This document shows positions 51,290-64,000 of a stretch of DNA of 64,000 nt, piece by piece. Origin of the DNA: Gekko japonicus (Eukaryota); NCBI RefSeq assembly GCF_001447785.1, contig NW_015169179.1:95069-159068 (forward strand). The letters are read 5' to 3'. The translations under genes and the position numbers were made by a program. Below the pieces are notes generated by a model that was not told the origin of the DNA, ran no database searches, and saw nothing but the letters and a program-made list of their open reading frames with translations. The first letter of the stretch is position 1. Every line of letters begins with the position of its first letter.

Positions 51290-52598
51290 CAGGTCCTTAA
51301 AGAGATGGGAGTACCAGACCACCTCACATGTCTTTTGAGAAACCTGTATAAGGGTCAAGAAGCTACAGTTAGAACCGGATATGGAACAACTGATTGGTTT
51401 AGCATAGGAAAAAGAGTACGACAAGGATGTATATTGTCACCTTGCTTATTTAATATATATGCAGAGTACATCATGAGAAATGCTGGCCTGGATGAATCAC
51501 AAGCGGGAATTAAGATTGCTGGGGAAAAGATCAACAACCTCAGATATGCAGACGATACCACTCTAATGGCAGAAAGTGAAGAGGACCTAAAGAGCCTCTT
51601 GCTCAGAGTAAAAGAGGAGAGCGCAAAAGTGGGCTTGAAGCTCAACATCAAAAAAACTAAGATCATGGCATCCGGCCCCATCACTCCTTGGCAAATAGAA
51701 GGGGAAGTCGTGGAAGTAGTGACAGACTTCACGTTCCTGGGATCCCAGATCACCGCAGACTGTGACAGCAGCCATGAAATTAAAAGATGCCTGCTCCTTG
51801 GGAGGAAAGCGATGGCGAACCTAAACAGCATGGTAAAAAGTAGAGACATTACCTTGCCAACAAAAGTCCGCATGGTCAAAGCAATGGTATTCCCAGTAGT
51901 CATGTATGGCTGCGAGAGTTGGAGCCAGTTTGGTGTAGTGGTTAAGTATGTGGACTCTAATCTGGGAGAACCGGGGTTGATTCCCCACTCCTCTACTTGC
52001 ACCTGCTGATGTGACCTTGGGTCAGTCACAAGCTCTGGCACAGCTGTCCTTGAAAAAGAGCAGTTTGTGTCAGAGTTCTCTCAGCCCCACCCACCTCACA
52101 GGGTGTCTGTTGTGGGGAGGGGAAGGGAAAGGAGTTTGTAAGCCGCTCTGAGACTCCAAGTGAAGGGCGGGGTATAAATCCAATCTCTTCTTCTTCTTCT
52201 TCTATAAGGAAGGCCGAGCGCCAAAGAATAGATTCTTTTGAACTATGGTGCTGGAGAAGACTCTTGAGAGTCCCTTGGACTGCAAGAAGATCAAATCAGT
52301 CAATCCTAAAAGAAATCAACCCTGACTGTTCCCTGGAAGGCCAGATAATGAAACTGAAGCTCAAATACTTTGACCACCAAATGAGAAGGGAGCACTCACT
52401 GGAGAAGACTCTGATGCTGGGAAAGATTGAAGGTCAAAGAAGACGGGGACGGAGAAGGTTAGACAGTGTAATTGATGCAACGAACATGAAATTGAGCAAA
52501 CTTCAGAGGACAGCAGAAGACAGGAGGGCCTGGCGGGATCTGGTCCATGGGGTCGTGAAGAGTCGGACTTGACTGTGCGACTGCACAACAACAACAAC
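51290..52598 (+). mobile_element. 5'-truncated BovB (RTE clade) LINE, RT and 3' end, interrupted by a SINE
   Basis: RQGCILSPCLFN, INNLRYADDTTLMAESEEDLKSLL, MVFPVVMYGCESW, LRVPWTARRSNQSILKEI, (CAA)n tail; short AAAG TSD. Confidence 0.96.
51924..52201 (+). mobile_element. Squam3-like SINE inserted in BovB
   Basis: Splits the BovB sequence GAGAGTTGGA|CTATAAG; A/B boxes and (TTC)n tail. Confidence 0.92.
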
Positions 52599-55500
52599 AA
52601 AGTTATGGCTGCCGCTGCTCTCGGCAGCAGCTACAACGGCTGCGGGGCAGGGGGCGAAACATTCCCCCGCCTCCCTGAGCCCCGGGGTGGTGGCCTCTTT
52701 TGAATCTGAATATTTTTCCTCTTTTGAATCTGAATATTTTGCCTTTAGCATTTATTCTGCTAGCATGCCAGCCACAAGATGGAACTGTTTTGTGGGATGC
52801 CAACATCCAGGGGGGCCAGGAGGCACCCTGAAGTATGCATTTTGCCTCCAGACTGGTTTTCCTGGTTTTTTGCCTCATTGCATTTTTATTCCTTCTCATC
52901 AATTTCTCTGAGCTTTATCTGTTTATAGGAGTGGAAGGTGCCATTCAAGGTCTGTACTGGATTTTAATACATCACTGCCTTGCAGAGATGATGGAAAGAA
53001 AAAGGAGGCATACCCTTCCTTCTGTTATGAATAAACATGGACAGTAATTATTTCAAAGGTTTGAGCAAAGTTGCTTGTAGGTAAGAAGGAAAACTGTACA
53101 GCTATCTCTCTTTCAGGACATGAATGAATGGGGAATAACATGAGAGTTAACCTCCCGAATTGAAACGGTGAAAGAGTTGCTGGAAAAGATTCTGGGATGC
53201 TGTCCTGAATCGGATAAGTTATGAGAAGGAACAGGCAGCTCGAATTATGGCTGCTAAACTATTGATGTGTGACAAGAGTGTTGGACTGGATGGGTCATTG
53301 GCCTGATCCAACATTGGCTTCTCTCATGTTCTTATTAGTTTACATTTGGACTCTCAAGTGGGGAGACAGGCAAGTTGTCCTGGATCCCTTCCCCCACTTC
53401 CTACATAGACGTATTGCAATTGGTTGGTACTCTAGAAGATTGAACTCTTGCTTTTCCCCCTCTTCCTGCAATAAATGGACTTTCCGAACATTAAAAGCAA
53501 TCCTGCCACTGCTCTGTTAACTCAATAACTTTTCTTTTGAGGAACAAGGATTTATTCTCATTGGGAAGGAGAAGATTCTCCTTCTCCGGATTACAGGAAT
53601 TGACAGAAACAATGCGTCCTTCAAGAATGTACTGTTCCTGTAGTCTGAAGCCATGATAACCCGACTGTCTATTTGCTGTTCTGAAACAAAGCCTGGCCTG
53701 TAAGATGGGAGCTCCAAGCCCGGGAGATCCCCTGTTCAAATCCGTCAGTATTCCTTTTCAACAGAAGGTCATCCAGGATTGAAACCTGTTATTGAAAACC
53801 TGGTTAGAGGGGAAAAACTGGAAGAATGTACATCATCTCACTATACTCCTGTACTGACAGTTCTTAGGACTGAAGCCCAAGTAAGTTATTGGAATCCACA
53901 TCAGATCCACATCAGAGTACATAGAAGATGTACAGGTAACCAGGGAAAGTAAAAAGACTGTCTGAACCACATTCATTCTATTCCACAGAACTTTTGTCTG
54001 ATAGGCTTAACTCCATAAATACCTGTTCATGCACACAAACCTTTGCCCCTCACCTACATGCACTAGGGTCTTTCCAGGGAAAAGATTAGTATATTTTGTT
54101 TTTTATTCATAGCAGGTTTTCCAGACGTCATAGCAAGGGGCAGTTCTAAAAATCAGGAATGCAATGTTAAACGAGAATGTTCAGATGCTTTATCAGTTTA
54201 ATCTGTTTCTTCTCTATGTTCCAGAAGTGTAATAGCAAAATAACTAATCTTATTAGAGGTTTCAGAATGCCAGTCCCGGTTCCAGGTACTGCTAATCTGT
54301 GACACTGCTGTCAGGCTTACTGCACTGAACTGCTGCCCCAATGGAAGTCGAAGAAACAAGGAAGCCGCATCAGATGACGTTGGGGCGGCCAGTGTCCCAG
54401 AAGATTTGCAAGATGAACTTAAAGTGCTGTTTTAAAAAGTGTTGTTTTGCAAAGCTCTTCTAGCACCTGAACCCTCTGGTCCCGGATTTAAGCAAAAGCC
54501 TGTTCTGTTACATATTTTAATTGTGTTTTTCATTGTAAGCCTCTGTACTTGTATTCCATGCATTACACCGCCTACAGTCCCCCATAACTGAATGAATGCT
54601 AATGCTTGCCAGAATTAACAGAGATGTAAAACGAGCTACGGTTGGTGTCAGTGAACTATAAATCTTCACTTCACCAAGAAATGGGGGATTTGTTGCATGC
54701 ACAGTTTATGAAACACTTTATACTCTGCCACTGACGAACAGGTTTGACTTGGTGGGTGCACTTAGCACTTCCATGGTGCATATGTTAAGTGCCATTTATT
54801 ATTCTAACATCATGAATGTATTCATTTGGTTCATTTGTGACTGTTGGGATGCATGCTGGGAAGGTAAAATGCTGAAAGAACAAAATGTTAACTTGCTATT
54901 TTTGCTGAGGCTTATGGCCTTGGTAGGCCAGCTATAACTGTGCATGTCTCTGGCTAAATGAAGAACAATGGCACCTTGTAAACCATATCAGCTATATAGA
55001 TACTTTTAGAATTTTACAGTCTAAGAGAAAGAAACATTGTTCAGGTAAAAGAAAAAAACTTTACTTGGGAAAGCCCGGCCTAAAAGGTTTTCTGCCAATC
55101 AGAGACCTGTTGTTAGGTCAGAGTGCTGATGTTTGATGGAACCAATAATCTTGTTCAATTTGTGTGCATCACCCATTGTAACACTTGTCTGTTGGGTATT
55201 CAGGGTTCCAAAACATTGAGATCTGTACTCTTCCTTGATTAATAAATTATTTTTTGGTCTTCTACTCTACAGGACTGCTTTGTGTGTTTTCTCAAATTGG
55301 CCTGGGCAAACACAACCAGGACAGAGGTTCTGTCTAACAACAGTGGCAGCTTGTTTAGAAGGTTTGGTAGTTTACCACTAATGATAGCTGTAGCTACATT
55401 TCCATTATAGTAGTTCTTCTGGGTTTAAAATTATACAGAATAAAATATTCTTTAATGGTTCCCGTCATGGCTATATACTCAATTATGATTTTGAGATCAG

Positions 55501-55801
55501 CTGGACATTTTATATGATCCAGGACTATATGCTATACTTACCTTCCCATGCAGCTAGTGAGAACTTTTAGCATGATAGTGAATTACAAACTCAAAAATCA
55601 TAAAAGCAAAGTATTAGAACAATCTCAGAAAGTTTAAAAATGAAAATAATAATAATAATAATAATGCTTTCGATTTATTAATCACTTTCCCCACAAGTGG
55701 GCTCAAAGTGATTTACAGTTACACTTTTAGACAGGGGACTAACAAAGTTCATAGGGGATAGGAAAGACAGTAAACAAAATCATGTTTGTTTCCAAAAATA
55801 C

Positions 55802-55807
55802 TTTATT
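55802..55807 (-). terminator. ING5: Candidate ING5 polyadenylation signal (3'UTR about 2.8 kb)
   Basis: AATAAA on the minus strand at the end of an AT-rich, repeat-poor stretch below the stop, with U/GU-rich sequence downstream. Confidence 0.45.
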
Positions 55808-58599
55808 TATAACAATATACCTATTATGACAATCAAAAATACAGATATACATCTCACATTTTGTAATAAAAAGATTTCTAATAAGTCTCTTCCATTTAAA
55901 AGGAAACATAGTCTGTCTGAAATATGAACGGGGGGAGGGGGGGCAGGCTGACGTTCACAAAAGTTAACATACTGAGTTGTCTCCTTTATTCCAAATCCTA
56001 ACAAGCTATTAAACAAGATACATTCAAAATTCAGGATAACATATTCTTCATAAGTCAGAATCAACAGGACTGTTGATAAAACAATATGGACTTAAAAACC
56101 CTGAAAAACAACATGGACTGGTTGATAAATTACCTCAAAGGTAGTGCTATTGTGGCATCTGTATTGCTCAATCCAATACTATAGTATTATTCTAAAATAT
56201 TTTTCTAGAAACTAGGCTGCAAGTTTAATAAGAAAAAACCTTCACTACTATTATGTAGCCTCCCAAAAGGAAAACTATTTAATTCCTCAGGTCTAATACA
56301 TGACATTATCTTTAGTTTATGGTAAAGTAAGTCTAGCTTGTTCCTCTAGTTATATAGCAGTATTAATTGCATATCAAGAAGCGCATCTTGGGGATGTGTC
56401 AACCTCTGTTAATTAAGACTTAGCATAGCTGGAAGAAAAAGGAAATAGATCTTGAAAGTAATTGATACTAAAGTAGAAACTAATGCTGCCTTGCCTATCA
56501 GGCACAAGGCCAGGAACATTACTCATTTATGAACTATTCATACTGGGGGGGCCTTATGAAAAGGTTTACCCTCTTTTCTTTTCAAAAGCAGTCCTATGAC
56601 TGAAAACTTTAAGCAGACCAATACAGCAAGCCACCATGCCAAACACAACCCACCAATAATTTATGATGGCCCACCATATGTTCAATAAATTTTTTGGTAT
56701 CTATGTGGAAGACCACAATATGTAGCAAGAGGATTTATACTGTTTAATGGATCACAATTTGTGCAGACCTACTTTCATGTAAACTAAGCAGCAGTAAACA
56801 GACTCAATTTAAATGAACATGTGCAGCATAAGATGTTAGGAAAGGAAATCTCCCTTACTGGAGAGGGAAATAACCTGTGTTATACTGTTCATCATGATTG
56901 AGATGGTATAATGTTCGGTTCCATGCTTATGCACGATATTAATAGCTATTTCAAAATAACAATGTATTGATATTTACCCTGATGCAAAGAGTATTCTCCC
57001 ACCCTACATTTTATGACAGCATTAAAAATCTGAACATGTGAACAAAAATGCAGCCATAGAAAACCTAAGTGATACAAACAAAAACTTTAATCGAATTACA
57101 TTATCTGCTAAACAGCTGGATGCAAAAGAAGTGTGATATAAAGAACAGACTGTTTATTTTTTTATAACAAAATGCAAACCACCTTTCAGAAACAGTTTTT
57201 CTTATTTTAAAGCTTCAGTTGTTGACTACAGAATTCAATCTTCCCTTTGTGCTCCATTTTTTGCAAGGAACATAAGCCACCACATTCTTAACCAACTCCA
57301 CAGTCTAGCTGTGATAGCTAGCATAGCTGTCTCTCTCCAGAGAACTACTATATTTGGTTGTTAAGCCCATATGCCAAAAAGCCATGTGCATCTCACAATA
57401 CAAACACAGGAAGAACTGGCCCTTAGTACCGAAATACTTATCTCTCTTTCTAAAGGCTGGTATGTTTTAAGATAGTTGACAGTACACTGACAAAAGCCAT
57501 CATTATCCACAGTCATATGTCTCAAGCCAAACAGAATGAGTAGGGTTTTTGAAAAACCTGTACATCCTGTTTGACCAGAGATTATAGTGGTTTGAATGTA
57601 CACAACTTGGGTAATGATGGCTCTAACATGCCACTTACAACTACCTGGAAAAAACATGATTGTCTGCCTCCAAACTAAGATACTTGGATACCAAGTTTTA
57701 CAGTTTACACTGGAGAGCATCTCAGTAAACTCACAGCCCAGAAATTTCACAATACATGATGTCAGATAGTTCTGTTGCTATGCTATAACAGAAATCTCTC
57801 TCAAAGCTATTTTCTTAAAACTCATCCTCCCAATTACTTATCTTCAACAGCTGTTTTATCAATGAAAATTAAACTTTAGTATTGTTTCATGAATAAATCA
57901 GATTATACTTCTATCAGGTTCACTTTTTAGATATCTTGCCTTTATTAAGCATTTTTTATTTATCATATATGAATTCAGTGGGAACAGTATAAAGCCCAAA
58001 GGTACAAATCAAAAATGAGAACAGATATAAACCTCCTGAAGTTCACTCATAGAACAAAGATTAACCAATATAGGTTATTTTTCTTTGAGATAGTGTAAAA
58101 AAAATCCACTGCCTTACAGCTTTCCTCTGAAGGAGCAAAACTGCCCACTAAAACAACAACATAAAACAATTACCTCTTTGTCAGCAGCTATAAGGTTTGG
58201 AAAGGTGGTTATTTTTAAAATCCGTCAAAAATGTTGTGCAGAATGACTATGCTTCATCAACAATGGTATTTATTTTCTTCTCCTGCAACTCCATAGCCGA
58301 TTTCACAGACCTCAGTGTATGTGCAAAAATTCCAGTGCAGGGCTACCCCTTAGTACTTCATTACATTGGTTACACTGCTATGGAAGCATAACCAGAGTAG
58401 GGAACAAAATCACGGCAGTGAGTTTTCTCCAAATCTTTCTTTCCTCATTAGGACAGCTCCATTTATGCAAAAATACAACTGGCCACTAAACAGTCAAATA
58501 CTAAATCAAACAAGAAGATGGGTCAGTAAAAATAAAATATTGCAATATGTAGAAATATATTAAACTTTCTCTTTCAAACTGTAATTCCTATCGTTTCTC

Positions 58600-58639
58600 C
58601 TACTTCTTCTTCTTCTCCTGAACACAGCGAGGACAATAC
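58600..58639 (-). CDS. ING5: Inhibitor of growth 5, terminal exon
   Basis: ccttag|G YCPRCVQEKKKK*; completes the PHD finger. Confidence 0.93.
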
Positions 58640-59358
58640 CTAAGGACAGCAAAGTACAATGTTTCGGTCATATTAGAATAGAATATCTTGAAAGTGTTTC
58701 ACATTTGAGAAGGACTAACTGATGCCTTCCATTTCCTCCTTCCTAACCCATGTTGCTTCTTGCAAACCGGGAATTTTTGGGGACAGCTCTTTGAGTTTTT
58801 CTAATTGCTAAAATGCTTATGTGTGCATCCCCCATATACATAAAATGAACAATGGAGAACAATTTTCATCTTTTTAAAATTAAGGCACAGTCAATGGGGT
58901 ATAAAAGTTCTTGTAACAGACTGGATTGTGGTCAGGGTCTACATAACAGACAACTCTGAAATATGGTCCTCTCAGCCTGCTGAATAAATTCTGAAGGTGG
59001 CTTTTTCATGTCTATAAAAGGAGATCATAGACCATTCACAATTACAACCTGAAGAATCTATTCCTCCCATGCACATACCATCCACCAACCCTGTGCCGTG
59101 TTTTAATTCTTGTTTCTTTCTTTAAAATCACAGTTTCTATCACACATCTACATATTAGCTGTTCTTCTTCACCTCCAAAATATATTGTGTTGATTGTGTA
59201 CAGCTTTTAAAATATTCCAGGTGTGGATTAAAACCTTCCAACAACAACAGAATCCTGACTCAAAATGCCAGGACTATAGGACTGAATTTTCATTGTATCT
59301 GCAAAAGTGTAACACCCCAGAAAAATAAGAGCAAAGTTTAAAAATCCATGATACTTAC

Positions 59359-59420
59359 CATTTCCCTTTGGGTTTGGTGGTGAGATCCACACAAGCAAAA
59401 TGAAACCATTCAATCGGACA
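59359..59420 (-). CDS. ING5: ING5 PHD exon
   Basis: CPIEWFHFACVDLTTKPKGK; 62 bp. Confidence 0.96.
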
Positions 59421-60233
59421 CTAAGTATTGGGGAAAGAGAGAAAAAAATATGACTACTATTTTTCATATAGAACTTAAACAGAAGTTTTAAACACTAGCA
59501 CATTTATCATAGCATATGATAAACCTGCATTACATTCCATTTTGTCAGATTGCACATCCAGGTTGACAGCATTAACTTTTCTTATCAGATGTATTAGCAA
59601 TATGGCTGGTGGGCAGCTGCTTGTTACTTTAAGGAGCAAACAACATGGTACACTGCAGTGACATATAACAAAAAGCAACATGCCCTTCTCCCTGTTAAGA
59701 CACACTCTTCTCATGCCATCCTTTTTCCTTTTGAGACTCCCCCACACATCTATCCACTGTTATTACTACAGGAATCTGGACCTGTGTTTACAAGCTAAGG
59801 ATAACCCTGGAATGCTGATGGGGTAAAAGCTAAAGGAAGTCTGAGCACTCCCTTCTGCCACAGCTTCCAGGACCCTCTCCCCAATGTAAATTATTCCCTC
59901 CATTTTGCAACAGGGAAGGGGCCACCAGGTTCTCATTCCTCAGAGCTGCCATGTAACATTTAGTTAATGGACAGAATTCCTACACGCTGGACAGAGACTG
60001 TCACCTTCCGGCAGAGCCCACCATCCCTTCCCCATCATCCCCAACTGAAATGAAAACCCAATACTGTCCAGGATAAAAGATATGGGACACACTTCTTTAT
60101 AGAAGTTAACTTTTACTTGATAGTTCAGTTAAAGATTGCATACTATTCATTGCAAATAAGGGCTTCCAAAATGTAAAGGTAGTTTCTACCAAAGCTTGGA
60201 AACCTGGTTAAGTCAGGAGGAGCTTTTACTGTT

Positions 60234-60326
60234 AATGGAAAATGAAACTCCAAAATATGATGTAATCAAGTCTAATTTTGTGTTAATATATGTTACAGAA
60301 AAAGCTAAATAAACTATATAAAAAAA
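60234..60326 (+). mobile_element. 93-bp retro-insertion (extreme L1-like 3' end) with 19-bp TSD
   Basis: AGGAGGAGCTTTTACTGTT at 60215-60233 and 60327-60345; AATAAA and A-tail. Confidence 0.8.
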
Positions 60327-60981
60327 AGGAGGAGCTTTTACTGTTCACTTGGATGGGATTGCTTTGCCTGCTTCCCCATCCCTCTCAGTGCCCCTTTCCC
60401 TCACATAGGTACTTAGTTGCCCCTTCTCCACTTTTTCCATGACACGTCCTAGCTGAATAAAATCACAAATTCTGGAAGACATACATACTGCAATCCTACT
60501 TATACAATGGACAACCTGATCCTATGTTCCAGCTCCAAGCTGGTAAAGAACCCTGCACTACACTTTGGGTTGTGTGAGTCCTGCATTGGATCTTGACCAA
60601 AGTCCATCACGGCTACACTCATCTCTATCATGGAATAAAAATGTTGTACATGGCACTGTCAGGGCACAGAAGGAAAAATGCCAGAGGCAACCTCTATAGG
60701 TGGCATCTGAAGAGCATGAACTGAAATGGCAGCACAAATAGGTCCTTGTTTTGTTTTTTTCCTGCAGCAACTCAGACAAGGTGGAGCAAAGCTGAAATGT
60801 TTGGAATACCTTTCTCACCATATGATTCTGCATTAGATATACAGCACCAACTAGGATCTGGCTTTTAAGTAAAAACAGATCCTTTTTTTCTGAGGGAAGT
60901 ATTTTGGAATGGAGTTTGACTGAGGATGAAGAGTGACAGCAGGCCCGGCCCAAGATATACTCTTGAGATCTCAAGACTTAC

Positions 60982-61117
60982 ATCTGGGTTGTCACAGCCA
61001 ATCATTTCTCCATAGGATACTTGGTGACACAAGCAATATGTGGGCTCATTGGGATCCACTGGCATGTCCAGGACATCTGAAGGATGAACAGTGAGGATGG
61101 TTTCAGCTAATTCAGAT
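60982..61117 (-). CDS. ING5: ING5 exon (PHD start)
   Basis: [35 protein letters not shown]; 136 bp. Confidence 0.97.
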
Positions 61118-61861
61118 CTGCAGTGGAATCAATACAAATGAATACTGAGTAAATCCCAGTGACTCTTGGTAGTTTCAAAGAGTATATTCCCTAAAACTCC
61201 TTATGAGTTCATGTGTAGTCTGAAGAGCAGATCTGACTGCTAACGAAGAAGCCAAAAGTCAAATGAAATGACGTTGAACACAAACCAACAAAAACCCAAG
61301 GGAGTGAGAAAAGAGAATTCTGTTGAAGCTGCCATTTAAAAACAAAATAATAACGTGAGATTCCTGACTCAGACTTCAAGAACACATCCTGTTCATCAGG
61401 AAGTGGTATTGAATTGATGTTCTCAACAGAAATAGGGCAAGGGAAATGATCAGTGTTAGTAAAATGCAAAAAATATCCCAGATAAGAAATTCATTAAAGC
61501 GAACATCAGTACCAACACTGCACTCTCAATATAAACACTTCAAGTAGTAAACAAAAACAACAGCAAATACATATGGCAGCTATGGCTAAGAGAAAGCAAG
61601 GCACAGAACACAATTAAAGGAAAACTACTCTGAGAATTAAAACTGTGCACCTAGGAGAGGCCTCAAAAGGGTCACATTGGCTTGGCTAGCACTTAAAATA
61701 TGTTTTATTTAAGTTAATAACAGTAATTTATATAATATTTCCATAGATAACAAGTGTTTGGGCCCTTATTTAATAGTAGCCCATAAACTTTCATGCATGA
61801 GCTGATGAAATCATGGAGACAGTTCTTAGGCAAACTGTAAATTGTGGCCATCAAGTTGTAC

Positions 61862-61955
61862 CTTCGTTTTGGTTTCTTTTTCACTGGAGCATCTTCCTCT
61901 GATGTTCGCCGGCCTCGACCCCGGGAACTTTTTTTATCTTTCTGAGTTCGCCCCT
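61862..61955 (-). CDS. ING5: ING5 exon (NLS region)
   Basis: GRTQKDKKSSRGRGRRTSEEDAPVKKKPKR; 94 bp. Confidence 0.95.
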
Positions 61956-62303
61956 CTGAAAGACAACTATTGCTGGTTACCCATATGGCAAGGGAAAAAA
62001 CCAACCTCAATGTTTTTATATCAATACCGTTTCAAAATGCCACTAATAAGTAAAACAAGACACTTAATGGTGTTTTTACATGTATGCTTCCAGACTTTAT
62101 TATACTAAAGAAATCAGCAAAACGGACCCCACTTCTAATGTACTCTTCTCCTTCATCCTCAAAGCCACTTTACCACTGTACAGATGATGTATATGTGGGC
62201 AGAACCAATGGGCATAGAGGGGGAGAAAGCTTAGCCCCCATCTGCAGTTGCAACCAAGCAAGCTTATTCCACCTACCCACACACATACAAGGTGAATGCA
62301 CAT

Positions 62304-63077
62304 TTTTTTAAAATAATTTTTTATTAAAAAGAGCAAAACAGCATAACAACAGTTTCATACATGTCATAAAAATCTATCGTTACTGTAAGTGATAAGCCGA
62401 ACAAAAGCTTATAAACACCACTGAACCCAACAAGTTTACACAATAATAACCTTTCTTGCAACCCTCTAATCTACGAACTAGTGAATGATGCAATAAAACC
62501 AGCTTCTATAATGGTGATCGAGCTAATGTACTGTATCCTATGAGCTTGGTTAGAAATAAAACTAAACGCTTATCCATGGGACATAAGCAGCCTTTGAAGG
62601 AAGTATGTTCTTTTCTGACATATACTGAAGCACCCTAGACCAAACTGCAACAAATCGCTCATATGCCTTTGATGTATCTGCTGCTGTAACTTGAGTGATC
62701 TGTGTCAGCTTATCTAAGATAAATAGATCCCATGTTTTGTCGTACCATGTTTTTATCTGGGGAGGAGAGCTGGCTTTCCATCCAGCCGCTATGGTTAGAC
62801 ATGCTGCTGCCAGAAGTTTAGATATAAGATCTTTCTGGGCCCTAGTAGCCGTGACTGCCTCCATTCTATCAAAGAGCACCAGTTTGGGACAAGCTGGTAG
62901 ATCTAGCGATGTAATATCACTTATTATTCCCAGAACCTCTTCCCAAAATGCATGAATGACGGGGCACTCCCACCAACAGTGGAAATACGAGCCTGTGTTT
63001 CCACATTTCTTCCAACATTGTGGATTCAATGCTGGGTTTATTTTATGAAAATTTTCTGGTGTGAAGTACCACCACAT
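62304..63077 (-). mobile_element. 5'-truncated L1: ORF2 C-terminal CCHC domain, 3'UTR and poly(A)
   Basis: CWKKC..HCWWEC zinc knuckle, stop-free over about 170 codons; TSD ATGCACAT at 62296-62303 and 63078-63085. Confidence 0.9.
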
Positions 63078-63276
63078 ATGCACATATGATCCATCCTAGG
63101 TGGGAGTGCTGCTTTTTAATGTTCTTCATCAAATGATATACATATCCCTGTGCATATACAGCTCATATGCATACAGTCATTGTGCCCATGTGGAAGGAAT
63201 ATACGGACAGAGGAAAGCACATGGCCCATCATCCTTGGTCATGAACGGGGGGTCAAGGCCTGCAGGCTGTCCCCAC

Positions 63277-63481
63277 CAGTGTTCCCTCTAAGCTGAGTTA
63301 GTGTGAGCTAGCACACAGTTTTTTAGCCTCTGCTCAGACATTTTTGTCTTTGCTCAGGAATGACGGCTCCAGAGCAAACTCATATATGCGGTAGCCAAAT
63401 CACTTGCTCACAACTTTAATGCCAGTAGCTCACAAAGTAGAATTTTTGCTCACAAGACTCCACAGCTTAGAGGAAGCATTG
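63277..63481. mobile_element. hAT-type MITE
   Basis: TIR cagtgttccctctaagctg / cagcttagaggaagcattg; perfect 8-bp TSD GTCCCCAC. Confidence 0.92.
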
Positions 63482-63762
63482 GTCCCCACATATGTTGTGT
63501 GTACAGGGCACCACCCATTTTTGCCAAAGTTATGGATGCTAGAATTAACATAACTTATGGCCCATTTCAGTCCAACATCCCTTATTTTTTTCCCTTTGTT
63601 CCCTGCTATGGGTCCAAATATGCTTTCTATAGTACAACCTCTCTGTGAAGCATTAGAAAACAATTCTACTGGAAAAGAAACATAGGGTACATGCATCATA
63701 AAAATATTTCCGGTCAGAACGGATTCCTCAATATGAGACCATACTAGTCATAATGTACTCAC

Positions 63763-63874
63763 TTTTCAGATTTTGCATTCCAGGGATTTCAAAATCACTG
63801 CCTTCCAGCTTATCCTTCAAATCAGCTTCAAATCGTGCCAAGTCAGCATCCAGGCGGCGAATGTGCTTGTCTAC
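63763..63874 (-). CDS. ING5: ING5 exon (end of N-terminal coiled coil); upstream exons lie beyond the window
   Basis: [29 protein letters not shown]; 112 bp; atgtag acceptor, gtgagt donor. Confidence 0.96.
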
Positions 63875-64000
63875 CTACATTAGATAGAAACCACCAGCTG
63901 CATAAAATCCTCAAAAACAACTTCTGGTAGCCATGAGATTCACAGCTAGACTAGACACCTTCACTAGACACCTTCCCACTATACACCTTCTCTTATATTA

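Noticed and set aside
51355-52041. 228-aa minus-strand ORF
   Set aside because: Antisense shadow of the BovB RT and SINE
52929-53250. Plus-strand acceptor/donor-like signals suggesting a divergent transcript from the D2HGDH promoter
   Set aside because: All three frames are closed and the implied intron is only about 36 nt; unsupported without RNA data

Overview
Eukaryotic (vertebrate) genomic DNA, almost certainly from a squamate reptile and probably a gecko (tRNA-derived Squam3-type SINEs, CR1, L1, L2, BovB and hAT-type MITEs). It holds four spliced protein-coding genes reconstructed exon by exon from GT-AG sites and reading frames: TM4SF19 (+, 4 coding exons, 208 aa), NEU4 (-, 3 coding exons, 509 aa), D2HGDH (-, 9 coding exons, 553 aa) and the last five coding exons of ING5 (-, runs off the right edge). 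The ING5-D2HGDH-NEU4 order matches human 2q37.3, except that no GAL3ST2 is visible between D2HGDH and NEU4 and TM4SF19 lies where PDCD1 lies in human. The rest is transposable-element debris, several copies with clean target-site duplications and nesting, plus one 63-N gap near the D2HGDH promoter. Most short ORFs in the track are spurious. I found no convincing new biological system. The best leads are a polybasic+CaaX C-terminus on NEU4, the missing GAL3ST2, an ORF1-only (HAL1-like) composite retroelement, and sense-oriented poly(A)-bearing L1 insertions in TM4SF19 and ING5 introns. Comparisons with human genes are from memory, not from a search.
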